64,000 nucleotides of DNA from Myxococcota bacterium. Lineage in GTDB: Bacteria > Myxococcota_A > SURF-8. Below are positions 29,563 to 39,091 of this stretch, in pieces. The notes beneath the pieces were generated by a model, which did no database searches, was not told the DNA's origin, and was given only the letters and a program-made list of their open reading frames with translations. Where the stretch lies: positions 352,001-416,000 of the forward strand of contig CAXXQS010000002.1 of the NCBI GenBank assembly GCA_963674735.2, read 5' to 3'. Positions within the stretch are counted from its first letter, which is position 1, and each line of letters starts with the position of its first letter. The position numbers and the translations under genes are program-made.

Positions 29563-30060
29563 ATGAATAGCCTGCGCCTAATCAAAGAACGCCGCAAACG
29601 GTCCGAGCGGCGTAAAAAAGAACAGCGCAAGCTGGAACGGCGTCAAGGTCCGCGCCGCGAGGAGGAATCGAGCCGCGATCAAAATCACCAAACACAAGAT
29701 TCTTACAACACTGCGACACACACCAACGCTGGATTGGAAAACACAATCCGTAACGATCTAGCCCAGACTATCGCACAATCACTTAAAATTTCGATTGATT
29801 TGGGAGAGGAAATTGTCGTGATGCAAAAACATAAACTGATTCAAAAAAACGAATCTTCCATCACCGCCTTTGCCACCTGCTTCGGGCTTTGCTTGTTTGC
29901 CATGCTGGAAGCATTCTCGCCCGGCTCCGTGCATCCTTTGGGTATCCCGGATGTCTTGTGGAAAGCATTTTTCATGATGATCATGGCTGTGACGCTTATC
30001 CCTTCGCTTAAATTCGCCGTCAACATTGCCCGCAACTACTTTCACAAATCCAAGCCATAA
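29563..30060 (+). CDS. Hypothetical membrane protein with Arg-rich N-terminus
   Basis: ERRKRSERRKKEQRKLERRQGPRR, two C-terminal TM segments; AGGTGA upstream. Start 29557 (TTG) or 29563. Confidence 0.6.
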   Translation: MNSLRLIKERRKRSERRKKEQRKLERRQGPRREEESSRDQNHQTQDSYNTATHTNAGLENTIRNDLAQTIAQSLKISIDLGEEIVVMQKHKLIQKNESSITAFATCFGLCLFAMLEAFSPGSVHPLGIPDVLWKAFFMMIMAVTLIPSLKFAVNIARNYFHKSKP

Positions 30061-30239
30061 ACGTCGTAGTCCGGCGAACCGCCCGCTGCCGCGTAAACGC
30101 CCCTCGCCGAGACGCCCTTCTCGCCTCATTTTCGCCTTTGATTTCATCCCCTTTCACCTGCAGGCTTGCGCCTCAAGCGGTTCTCTGTTATATGATGGGG
30201 CCGTCGTCCATTGGCGGACGCGCCGCAAAGGAGAGCATC

Positions 30240-31685
30240 ATGTCGGAAACCAGAGTCCGTTTCGCCCCGTCCCCCACCGGTCACCTGCACATCGGCAGCG
30301 TGCGCACCGCCGTCTACAATTGGCTGCTGGCGCGCCAGAAAAAGGGAACCTTCGTTTTACGCATCGAAGATACCGACCGCGAGCGTTCCACCGAGGAATC
30401 GGTCCAGGCCATTTTGGAAAGCATGCGCTGGCTGGGTCTCGACTGGGACGAAGGCCCCGAAGTGGAAGGCCCCAACGGACCCTACTTCCAAACGCAGCGT
30501 TTCGACATTTACCGCGAATATATCGACAAAATGCTGGCCGAGGGCAAGGCCTACCGCTGCTACGCCACGGCTGAAGAACTGACCACCCTGCGTGAACAGG
30601 CCCGGGAACGCGGCGAAACCTTCAAATACGATCGCCGCTGGCGCGACAAGGGTCCGGACGACTGGCCGGAGGACAAGCCCTATTCGGTCCGCTTCAAAGC
30701 CCCCCTCGACGGCGAGGTGGTGGTCGAGGATCTCATCAAAGGGCGGGTGGTTTTCGATGTCGCCCAGCACATCGACGATTTCATCATCATGCGCTCGGAC
30801 GGTACCCCCACCTACAATTTCACCGTGGTGGTGGACGACGTCACCATGAACATCACCGACGTCATTCGCGGCGACGACCACCTGAACAACACCCCCAAGC
30901 AACTGCTGCTTTACGAAGCCCTCGACTTTCCCGTGCCGCGCTTCGCCCATATGCCGCTGACGCTCGGCCAGGACAAAACCCGCCTCTCCAAGCGCCACGG
31001 CGCGACCTCGGTCATGGCGTACCGGGAAATGGGCTACCTGCCGCACGCGCTACTCAACTTCCTGCTGCGCCTGGGCTGGTCCCACGGCGATCAGGAGATC
31101 TTTAGCGTCGAGGAAATGATCCGGCTGTTCAGCGTGGAGAAAATCGGCATCTCGGCGGGCATCTTCAACGCCGAGAAGCTCGCCTGGGTGAACCAGCAGT
31201 ACATCATGAACGACCCGCCCGAATCCATCGCCAAAGAACTGCCGTACTACCTCGATAAGCTGGGCATCCAGGCAACGGTCGACGAACGGCTGGTGGGGAT
31301 CGTCAAGGAACTGAGCAAACGCGCCAAAACTCTGGTTGAAATGGCGGAAGGCGCGCGGATGTTTTTCAAGGACGACTTCGAGTACGTGGAGAAAGCCGAC
31401 CGCAAGTTCTTGAAAAAAGAGAGCCTTCCGGTACTGGAATTCCTACGCGACGGTCTGCGCGAGCTCGACGCCTTCAGCGTGGCGGACGTGCAAGGCGTCT
31501 TCGAAGCCGCCATGGAACGGTTCGAGTTGAAGCTCGGCAAAGTCGCCCAGCCCATGCGCGTGGCCCTGACCGGCAACACGGTCAGCCCGGGCATCTACGA
31601 AACTGTTTACCTCATGGGCCGCGAACCCGTCTTGGCTCGTCTGGAACGCGCCATCGCCCACATCAACGCCAAACCGGCCGAATAA
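30240..31685 (+). CDS. gltX: Glutamate--tRNA ligase
   Basis: RVRFAPSPTGHLHIG (HIGH), LRIEDTD.ERS, IRGDDHL.NTPKQ, RLSKRHGA (KMSKS). AAGGAG RBS. Confidence 0.97.
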   Translation: MSETRVRFAPSPTGHLHIGSVRTAVYNWLLARQKKGTFVLRIEDTDRERSTEESVQAILESMRWLGLDWDEGPEVEGPNGPYFQTQRFDIYREYIDKMLAEGKAYRCYATAEELTTLREQARERGETFKYDRRWRDKGPDDWPEDKPYSVRFKAPLDGEVVVEDLIKGRVVFDVAQHIDDFIIMRSDGTPTYNFTVVVDDVTMNITDVIRGDDHLNNTPKQLLLYEALDFPVPRFAHMPLTLGQDKTRLSKRHGATSVMAYREMGYLPHALLNFLLRLGWSHGDQEIFSVEEMIRLFSVEKIGISAGIFNAEKLAWVNQQYIMNDPPESIAKELPYYLDKLGIQATVDERLVGIVKELSKRAKTLVEMAEGARMFFKDDFEYVEKADRKFLKKESLPVLEFLRDGLRELDAFSVADVQGVFEAAMERFELKLGKVAQPMRVALTGNTVSPGIYETVYLMGREPVLARLERAIAHINAKPAE

Positions 31686-31704
31686 GCGACGCATGAAAGC
31701 TTCT

Positions 31705-31736
31705 CGGACGGCCTGCGGGCCGTCCGTTTTCGTTTT
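31705..31736 (+). terminator. Rho-independent terminator after gltX
   Basis: CGGACGGCC-TGCG-GGCCGTCCG-TTTTCGTTTT. Confidence 0.75.
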
Positions 31737-31868
31737 ATGCACCGCTTGCGTTTCAAGGCTGAAACCGCCTCGGGCAAAGTTGCGCTCCGGGAACGAAGCG
31801 GGTACACTGGCGAGCGACGGCTCACCGATAACGCCGTTTTCGATCATCCATCGAGAGAGGGGAGGCGC

Positions 31869-33446
31869 GTGACTGGTCCGCGCAAAAACATGACGCTCCG
31901 CTTGGCCCTGGCAATCTGGGTGGCCTTCACCCTTTTGTACGGATTCTTCAACTACGGCGGCATCCGGTCTCCCGATATCGAAGTCATCTTCCGGGTCGCC
32001 CAATCCCTGGCCGCCCATGGGGATTTCGAGGTGCGCGAATGCCTGCCCTGGAAGGAACACGGCGTCACGCGCGGACCCGACGGAAAGAACTACTCCTTGT
32101 ACGGACCGATGCATTCCCTGCTGTTCGTCCCCATGATCTTAGCGACGGAGGCTCTCGAACTCGATCAGGGCGATCCGAACGCGTTCGTTCCCCCCAGCCA
32201 ATACGTAGATAACGGCGTGCTATATTTCATGCAGAAGACCGCCCCTCCCGATCCGACCCCGCATCGTCTGCGGTTTATCGCCTCGTTCCTCAATCCGCTT
32301 TTGGCGGCCTTGACGGTGCTTTTGCTGTTTCTCTGCCTGCATGCCATGCGCCTGCCCAACAGCGTGGCCACGGCCGGAGCCCTGGCCTTCGGTCTCGGGA
32401 CGCTCTGGTGGCCTTACGCCGGTACCGCTTTCAGCGAAGTCCCCGCCACGTTTTTCGCGCTGGCGTCCTTCACCTGCCTGGTGCGCCGCGACCGGACCTT
32501 CACGCGCCGCATTCCGCGTAAGCTGTCCGGCTGCTTCGCCTTGTCGGGCTTACTGATCGGACTGGCCTTCGCCGTCCATATCACGGCGGCGTTTTTCGTT
32601 CCCTTTATCGGGCTCTACGCCCTTTACATCGCCGTGACGGCAACACCGCGTCTGCTACGCGTGTTACGTCCCTGCCTGTTCTGGCTGAGCGGCTTCGCAG
32701 TCGGATTCGGTTTATGGGGCATCACCAACGCCATGCGCTTCGGCAGCTTTTTCGAAACCGGTCGCACCGTTACCGCCGAGCAGGCCAAAGTGTATGCCCA
32801 CGGCGGTCTGACGGCTCCCTGGCAAGGGATTTTCGGCTTGTTGTTCTCAAGCGGGCGCGGACTCGTGTGGTACGCGCCGCTGGCCCTGTTGGCGCTGGGC
32901 GGCTTCCGCGTACTCCTGCGCCGCCACCCGGCCCTGTCGGTGATTCTGGCCGCCATGATGCTCACCCGCTTTTTCGTCTGCAGCTCCCTGGTTTTCTGGC
33001 ACGGCGGCTTTGCCCTCGGCCCCCGCTACCTGGTAATGCTGCTTCCGTTCGTTTTCATACCCGCCGCCGTCTGGCTAACCGAGCAACGCACCGCCGAACG
33101 GTCCTGGTCCTGGTATCTGGTCACGCTGGCGGTTGTGGCGGCCAGCGTTCAGCAATTGTATTTCGCGCTCGGCGAAATCTTCACCTTCTATCATACGCTC
33201 GTTTACAACGCCTCCCGGGTCGGCGTCAGCTTGCTGGCGCACAATCGTCTGTATCTCGACTGGGATTTCACGCCCCTGACCCAGCTGCACAACATTCCCC
33301 CGGCTCCGTTCTGGGCACAGCCGCTCGACCTCCCCATGCTCACCCTGTGGATCATCGCAGCGCCGCTGACCGGAGCGGCGGTCGCCACGATCTTTACCTG
33401 GTTGTGGCGTCGACGCCGTTCGCTGGACACACAGGAACCGCTGTAA
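31869..33446 (+). CDS. Polytopic GT-C-fold (PMT/ArnT-like) glycosyltransferase
   Basis: GGAGG then GTG 31869; 10 or more TM segments; SPD in the first loop, YSLYGP..SL, WPYA.T.FSE, N.MRFGS, GRGL.WYAP, WHGG..LGPRYL. Confidence 0.75.
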   Translation: MTGPRKNMTLRLALAIWVAFTLLYGFFNYGGIRSPDIEVIFRVAQSLAAHGDFEVRECLPWKEHGVTRGPDGKNYSLYGPMHSLLFVPMILATEALELDQGDPNAFVPPSQYVDNGVLYFMQKTAPPDPTPHRLRFIASFLNPLLAALTVLLLFLCLHAMRLPNSVATAGALAFGLGTLWWPYAGTAFSEVPATFFALASFTCLVRRDRTFTRRIPRKLSGCFALSGLLIGLAFAVHITAAFFVPFIGLYALYIAVTATPRLLRVLRPCLFWLSGFAVGFGLWGITNAMRFGSFFETGRTVTAEQAKVYAHGGLTAPWQGIFGLLFSSGRGLVWYAPLALLALGGFRVLLRRHPALSVILAAMMLTRFFVCSSLVFWHGGFALGPRYLVMLLPFVFIPAAVWLTEQRTAERSWSWYLVTLAVVAASVQQLYFALGEIFTFYHTLVYNASRVGVSLLAHNRLYLDWDFTPLTQLHNIPPAPFWAQPLDLPMLTLWIIAAPLTGAAVATIFTWLWRRRRSLDTQEPL

Positions 33447-33600
33447 ATATTTCGCCGCGCCGCGGCCATTACGAGAATCCTCGCGCCTCTTATCGTCCAT
33501 CAAAGGCACGCTGTCGGCCTTCGAAAACAGATCGGCTCGCCCCTTTTCAATTTTCTTGAAAAGACTCATGGAATCCCCCCGGGGATGTATGGATTATTTG

Positions 33601-33825
33601 CTAGTAGTTTTCGTAGTGCTGGTTGTAAAGCTCAGGACTGAATGGCGAAAAAACATAATCACCATTCTGGCCATCCACTACCGTATCGTGCGGTGTGTCA
33701 TTGAAATAAAACGTTTCGGGTATCCCGCCAGGAAAAGCCAAGCATCTTCCTATCATTTTTTGCTTATTTTCATCGAAATACTGACGCTGCAGGTGCTCGC
33801 ATGCTGAGCACTGGTCACCGAGCAT
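33601..33825 (-). CDS. Small Cys/His protein with CxxCxH...CxAFPxGIP motif
   Basis: GGAGG RBS before ATG 33825; QCSACEH...RCLAFPGGIP...H...GQNGDYVFSP; lower GC than neighbours. Confidence 0.72.
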   Translation of the reverse strand: MLGDQCSACEHLQRQYFDENKQKMIGRCLAFPGGIPETFYFNDTPHDTVVDGQNGDYVFSPFSPELYNQHYENY

Positions 33826-33938
33826 TTTTCAATCCCTCCATAGCTTTGCGCCATACAGGACAAAAGCAGCGGCATTGCGTTCCGCACACTTCTCGCAACG
33901 AACGGTGCTCGCCGCCACATCGGGCTCCGCGTGCCGTT

Positions 33939-36900
33939 TCAGTCGAAACGTCGCCGCCGCACAGCCGCAACCAGGAACAGCAGGATGCCCAGCAACCCGA
34001 ACGGACCCGCCGGGGCATGCGCACATCCGCCGCCGCCTTCATCTTCGTCCGGGCAAGCGCCGGTCACGTTGGGATCGTTGTCGTCGCAATCGGGGCCCAG
34101 ACAATCGGTGCCGACACCGTAGAAATCGTTGTCGTTGTCGATACAATCGATGGTGTCATCCCCATCGGTCGCGGGGGAATCACCATCCGTATCGCTGCAG
34201 GTGGTCACGATTATCGTCACCTCGCTCGGCTGGGAGGTGCCCCCCTCGAAGGTATCGCTTACCGTCAGTTTGAAGGTCACCTCGCCGGTATCGAAGGCCG
34301 TAAACGTGGGCTTGACGGCCTCGTTGCTGGGTTCGAGATCGCTGTCGGCCAACCCGATGGTATTGTTGTTCTCGTCCACCCGCCAAGTATAGAAAATCGG
34401 ATGCCCATCATCATCGAAGGAGGAGGATCCATCCAGTTGAACGCTGGTATTGACACACACTTCCTGATCTTGGCCCGCAATCGCTACCGGCGTCGTGTTG
34501 GCACCGGCCTTCAGCGTGACCTGATGGTAACAGCTCTCGAACCCATCGAAAGCACGGAAGCGGAACACATACTCCCCGGTTGTCAGCGGCTGCACCCAGG
34601 CGGCGATTTTATCGGCATCGTGAATGGCCACTTCGGCCACCGAATCATCCAGGATCTGGGTCCATTCGTACTCCAGTTCCTGCCCCTCGTCGGGATCGTA
34701 GGTGCCGTCCGCATCGAGATCGACCACGTCCCCCACAACCGCCGTCAGATCGTCATTTTCGACATCGCAGACAGGCGTCGAGTTGTCCTGCGCGAGCACT
34801 TCCACTTTCAGATCCAACGGCAAGCTGGGCGATCCGCTTTGCACGTCCCACACGACCAGCCGAAACACATATGTCTGCCCGAAAACATCGGGAGTGAAGC
34901 TGACCACCGAATCCGTCCAGGTCGACAACGCAACCGGAGGACCGCTCAACTGCGACCATTCAAAACTCAAGTCGCGGTCCGACGGCGTCGAGCCGCTGGC
35001 GTCCAAGGTGATGGTTTCGTAGGGATCGACCGTCAGTGAACCGGTAAAGGGATCCATGTCCGCCACCACGACACTGGGAGCGACACTTCCAACGGCCGCC
35101 ACGGCGACGACCACCTCGTCCGGCAGAGACGTCAACGCACCATCGTCGGCGGTGACTTCAAAGCGGTAGAGACCCGGTTTGAAAGCCACGAATGACGGGG
35201 CATTCGTCAAATTGCCCACCAACGCCACCGGTACGCCGCCGGTCTGCCGCCAAGCGTAACTCAAGGGCATCTGCTCGGGATCATCGCCGGTTGCGTGCAA
35301 ATAAATCTGCGTATAAACCGTCCGCGGGGCTTGCGACACCACCGCCAGGCTGGCCACATCGTCGAGTCCGGCATTGACCGTAGGGGGCTCGTTGGTGAGA
35401 TCGCCGACCAGAACAGAACGGACCGCCGACCGGCTTTCATAATCGCCGTTCGATACTTTCAGGGCGAAACGATAGAGACCGGGGGTGTCGGTGGTGGCGC
35501 GCAGCAGGTGTTCCTCGCCATCGTAGCTGCCCCAATCGAACTGGTTGCCGTCGAGTGGACCCTCGATGTAACTCCACACATATTCCAGGTCTTCGCGACT
35601 GAAGCGATTGACGCTGGCCGAGCCGTCGAGCACGAACTCGGTCCCCACCACTTGCGGGCTCAGCGGCAATATCGCCGCATAGGGAATGGCGGTTTCGTTC
35701 TCGGGATCGAGCACTTCGACGGCCATCGAGGTCAGCTCGCTGCTCATTTCACCATCATCGACCACCAGATCAAAGGTGTATATTCCGATGTTGAAGGGTA
35801 TGAACGACACCAGTGCCGCGGTCGTATCGTCGAGGACGTCCTTGTAATCCGTCCAGGAATAACTCAACTCGGTATCGTTGGCGTTGTAATCCCCCGAACC
35901 GGCGGCGGCGATTTCAACCACAGAACCGGGCAGGTAGTTACGGTCACCGGGTAGAATCGCCCCCGGCTGAACATTGGCGATTTCCACATCCACCAAACAA
36001 GCCGGTCCCTCGCCCCAATCGTTTTCCAACGTCAATTCGAAACGGTAGGTTCCGGAATCCGTCGTGGCGAAACAGGATTTCGGGAGTTCGGGATCCGTCG
36101 TTTTATCTCCCATAAAAACATCCACCGGGCCGGACGACTGTTGCCAGTGATAGGCCAGTTGCTGACTTCCGGGGTTTTGCGTGATATTGGCAACCAAACA
36201 GTTTTTACCCGGCAAAGCGCTGATAACGGGAACGCCACCATCGCCGCCGAAACTGCACTTGGCCACCACGTTGGGCGGAGCGACGTGAATGGTATGCTCG
36301 CAGCAGTCGGACAGTCCGGCGGCATCGCGCACACACAGCTTAACGGTATGGTCGCCGATGTCATTGGTGGTGGGTGTCCATTCGAAACGGCCACCGCTGA
36401 TCTGCATGCCGGATACGGCATCTTCCAGGTAGAAGGTCAGAAGCTCGAAAGCGCAGCGCCGGTCGGGATCGTATACATCGATTTCAGTGAAATAAAACTC
36501 CTCCGCATCCGTGGTCGCTTCCTGCGCACAACTCGTAATTTCGGGTGGATCGTTGATGTTTTTCACCAGAATGTGGTAGTCCAGAACACCGCTGATTCCT
36601 CCGTCGTCGTCCTGGACGGTCATCACGACCTGATGCTCGGCGGCAGGCGATCCGCCGCAATCCACATCCTGCTGTCCCGGATACCATTCGAGCAGACCGG
36701 AATTTTCATTGCAGGTCATTCCCGGCGGCGTTTTGACACAGTTGAAAAGCAGGTTTTCGGCATCCTGCTCCGACGGCTCGTTGACGATCTGTCGCGCGTT
36801 GAAAATATAATTGGCCCGCTCGAAAACTTCCGTGGGTCCGGCCGACGCGGTCCAGCTCGGCGCCACATTGTCGACCACCACTTCAACCACCGAAAATGCG

Positions 36901-38864
36901 GTGTCCCCCTCCACACATTGTGAAGCTCCGTCTTCATCCTCGACACACAGGGCCATGAAAATAGGATCGTCGTTCGGACCTTCATCGAAAATCGCGGGCA
37001 AAGCGCCAAGACCGCTGGGGCAGTCGTCGGCGATCCCGCACTCGGCAAAAGACACGAAGCTGCAGACACCGGCATCGCAGGTGGAAACATAATTCTCGTA
37101 ATCGGGAGCGAAAGTCGGCGACAGATAATTGTCGTCCCAGCTCACGCGGGTCAGTCGGCCGCCCGGCGCAATCTCCGAATTCTCGGCGCTGAAAATCACC
37201 TCTTCCCCTTCATCCACATGCACCACGCCTTCCAATCCGGCCGGCGTGATAATCGCGGTGGGGGGCTTATCGATGATCACGACTCCGATACTGGCGATGG
37301 AGGTCATCGTTTCCGCATCGGTAATACGCACAGCGACGTTGGCGGTGGTGATTTCGTCCCACTGATGCGTCACCAGCAGAAGATCGACATCCTGTTCATC
37401 CGCATCGAAAAACTCCGGTTCGCCGCCGTAGTCGAAATCCCATTCCACATAAACAATGTCGTCGGTATTGCCGCCCACATCTTCGACCCGGAAAACCCCC
37501 GTATCGCCTTCCTGCAATTCCGACGGGCCATCGATTTCGGCCAAAGGTGCAATATCCGTAACCGTAACCGACACTTCGGTGAAGTCGTCAGACGGCTCGC
37601 CGACGGTGGAATCGTCGTCCACCACGCGTACTCGCACAACAAATTCACCATCATCGGGCCAGGCGTGGTCGCGAATCGCATAGCCGCTATCGGAAGGCAA
37701 CGAATTGAAACTACCGTCGTAGGTCCAGTCCCATTCGTACCCGGCGATGCTGCCCGGTGTCGCCGACGACCCCGAAGCGTCGAAACGCAACGGTTTGCCC
37801 TCTTCGATCTCATAGGGCGCATCGAGAATCGAGTTGTCCCCGGCGGCGCGAACGATCAGAGCCGCCTCCGGTAAAACATTCAACGGCGTAACCGCCAACG
37901 TACCCAGACTCGTGCGATCCTGATCATCGGTCACCAACAACGCCACAATGTATTCCCGGGCGTCGTTGAACGCGTGGGATACGCTGGTTTGTCCGTCATA
38001 AGCCGGATCCGCCACAAATTCCTGGCCATCGTAGTCCATATCCCACTGACGATCGACGATCGGAGACGCGGAAGGGAGGGTGTTATCCAGGAACAGGGCC
38101 TGAGCGCCCTCGTTGAAATCTTCGCCGGGGCCGGTAATGCGCGCCCAAGGACCATTCGGAATCACATTGACGATCAGGCTGGTGTAGGTCACGCCACGCG
38201 GACTGTCGTCGTCTTTTACACGCAGACCGACGATTTTGGTTCCGTATTCGGTCCAACGATGATCCTGAAAGGGAGCCGCCTGTATCTGCACACCCGGACA
38301 GGCGTCGAAATTGGCTTCGATACCATCCCAATCCCAACACCAGTCATAATAATCGATGCCGCCGGATCGGTCGGAGGATTCCTCGGCGTTGAAAGTGTAA
38401 TACGTGTTGATAAAGACGGACATTTCGAAGTATTGCGGTTCATTGGCAATATCGAGTCCGTATACCACGGCCTCGGGTAGCTCGTTTTGGATTTCGACGT
38501 AGAGGGTGTCGGAGTCCGTTTCACTGTAGGCGTCACGAACCGTCAACGTCACCGGCCAGCCATCGGGATTGACCGTCGGATTGTGCGGATGAATGAAGAT
38601 ATGCTCGGGATTGGCTTGTGTGGTGGTACTCGTCCCATCCCCGAAATCCCAGGTATAGCCAAGAGGTTGATCTCCGGTGGAATCACTGCCCCGAAACAAG
38701 ATGCTATCCCCCTCCCAACCGAGACAGGGGCTGGTTATGCACTCCGCTACCGCTTGAGCCGGAATTTCGGCCTGAAGAGCGAGGGGAAAGAATGTAGCGA
38801 TCATGATCAGCAGGGTCGGGACCATACCGGACCGCAGCCGCGGGCTACCCATATTGAGACTCAT
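33939..38864 (-). CDS. Giant PKD/Ig-repeat surface protein with MYXO-CTERM-like anchor
   Basis: AAGGAG RBS before ATG 38864; signal peptide; YTWDFGDGT PKD; repeated WDxDYDG PKD variants; cadherin/He_PIG-like repeats; several Y.W.Q..GP repeats; CIDNDNDFYG..DCDDNDP; C-terminal GGGGC-hydrophobic-RRRR. Confidence 0.88.
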   Translation of the reverse strand: MSLNMGSPRLRSGMVPTLLIMIATFFPLALQAEIPAQAVAECITSPCLGWEGDSILFRGSDSTGDQPLGYTWDFGDGTSTTTQANPEHIFIHPHNPTVNPDGWPVTLTVRDAYSETDSDTLYVEIQNELPEAVVYGLDIANEPQYFEMSVFINTYYTFNAEESSDRSGGIDYYDWCWDWDGIEANFDACPGVQIQAAPFQDHRWTEYGTKIVGLRVKDDDSPRGVTYTSLIVNVIPNGPWARITGPGEDFNEGAQALFLDNTLPSASPIVDRQWDMDYDGQEFVADPAYDGQTSVSHAFNDAREYIVALLVTDDQDRTSLGTLAVTPLNVLPEAALIVRAAGDNSILDAPYEIEEGKPLRFDASGSSATPGSIAGYEWDWTYDGSFNSLPSDSGYAIRDHAWPDDGEFVVRVRVVDDDSTVGEPSDDFTEVSVTVTDIAPLAEIDGPSELQEGDTGVFRVEDVGGNTDDIVYVEWDFDYGGEPEFFDADEQDVDLLLVTHQWDEITTANVAVRITDAETMTSIASIGVVIIDKPPTAIITPAGLEGVVHVDEGEEVIFSAENSEIAPGGRLTRVSWDDNYLSPTFAPDYENYVSTCDAGVCSFVSFAECGIADDCPSGLGALPAIFDEGPNDDPIFMALCVEDEDGASQCVEGDTAFSVVEVVVDNVAPSWTASAGPTEVFERANYIFNARQIVNEPSEQDAENLLFNCVKTPPGMTCNENSGLLEWYPGQQDVDCGGSPAAEHQVVMTVQDDDGGISGVLDYHILVKNINDPPEITSCAQEATTDAEEFYFTEIDVYDPDRRCAFELLTFYLEDAVSGMQISGGRFEWTPTTNDIGDHTVKLCVRDAAGLSDCCEHTIHVAPPNVVAKCSFGGDGGVPVISALPGKNCLVANITQNPGSQQLAYHWQQSSGPVDVFMGDKTTDPELPKSCFATTDSGTYRFELTLENDWGEGPACLVDVEIANVQPGAILPGDRNYLPGSVVEIAAAGSGDYNANDTELSYSWTDYKDVLDDTTAALVSFIPFNIGIYTFDLVVDDGEMSSELTSMAVEVLDPENETAIPYAAILPLSPQVVGTEFVLDGSASVNRFSREDLEYVWSYIEGPLDGNQFDWGSYDGEEHLLRATTDTPGLYRFALKVSNGDYESRSAVRSVLVGDLTNEPPTVNAGLDDVASLAVVSQAPRTVYTQIYLHATGDDPEQMPLSYAWRQTGGVPVALVGNLTNAPSFVAFKPGLYRFEVTADDGALTSLPDEVVVAVAAVGSVAPSVVVADMDPFTGSLTVDPYETITLDASGSTPSDRDLSFEWSQLSGPPVALSTWTDSVVSFTPDVFGQTYVFRLVVWDVQSGSPSLPLDLKVEVLAQDNSTPVCDVENDDLTAVVGDVVDLDADGTYDPDEGQELEYEWTQILDDSVAEVAIHDADKIAAWVQPLTTGEYVFRFRAFDGFESCYHQVTLKAGANTTPVAIAGQDQEVCVNTSVQLDGSSSFDDDGHPIFYTWRVDENNNTIGLADSDLEPSNEAVKPTFTAFDTGEVTFKLTVSDTFEGGTSQPSEVTIIVTTCSDTDGDSPATDGDDTIDCIDNDNDFYGVGTDCLGPDCDDNDPNVTGACPDEDEGGGGCAHAPAGPFGLLGILLFLVAAVRRRRFD

Positions 38865-38954
38865 CGAATCTACTCCTTGTGCCGACTCAGCGAAGGATGA
38901 TGGATTTTTAGGCGGCGAGCCATACTTTGGCATCCTGTCTACCATAGACTGTTT

Positions 38955-38983
38955 ATGATAGTCAGGTATTCATGGAAAGTCAA
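38955..38983 (-). promoter_or_regulatory. Putative sigma-70 promoter of the PKD adhesin
   Basis: Minus strand TTGACT-N17-TATCAT. Confidence 0.55.
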
Positions 38984-39025
38984 AGGTTTCACGCTGTTAC
39001 CCTGGTTTCGAATAAGGGGCGGAAA

Positions 39026-39064
39026 ACAGAAAAATCCTAGAAGAACCGGCCGTTCTTCTAGGAT
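39026..39064 (-). terminator. Terminator hairpin downstream of the Cys-rich lipoprotein
   Basis: 13-bp perfect stem ATCCTAGAAGAAC/GTTCTTCTAGGAT (39034-39064), followed by a T-rich tract on the minus strand. Confidence 0.75.
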
Positions 39065-39091
39065 AATGATAGTGAATCTATTTGATATTAC

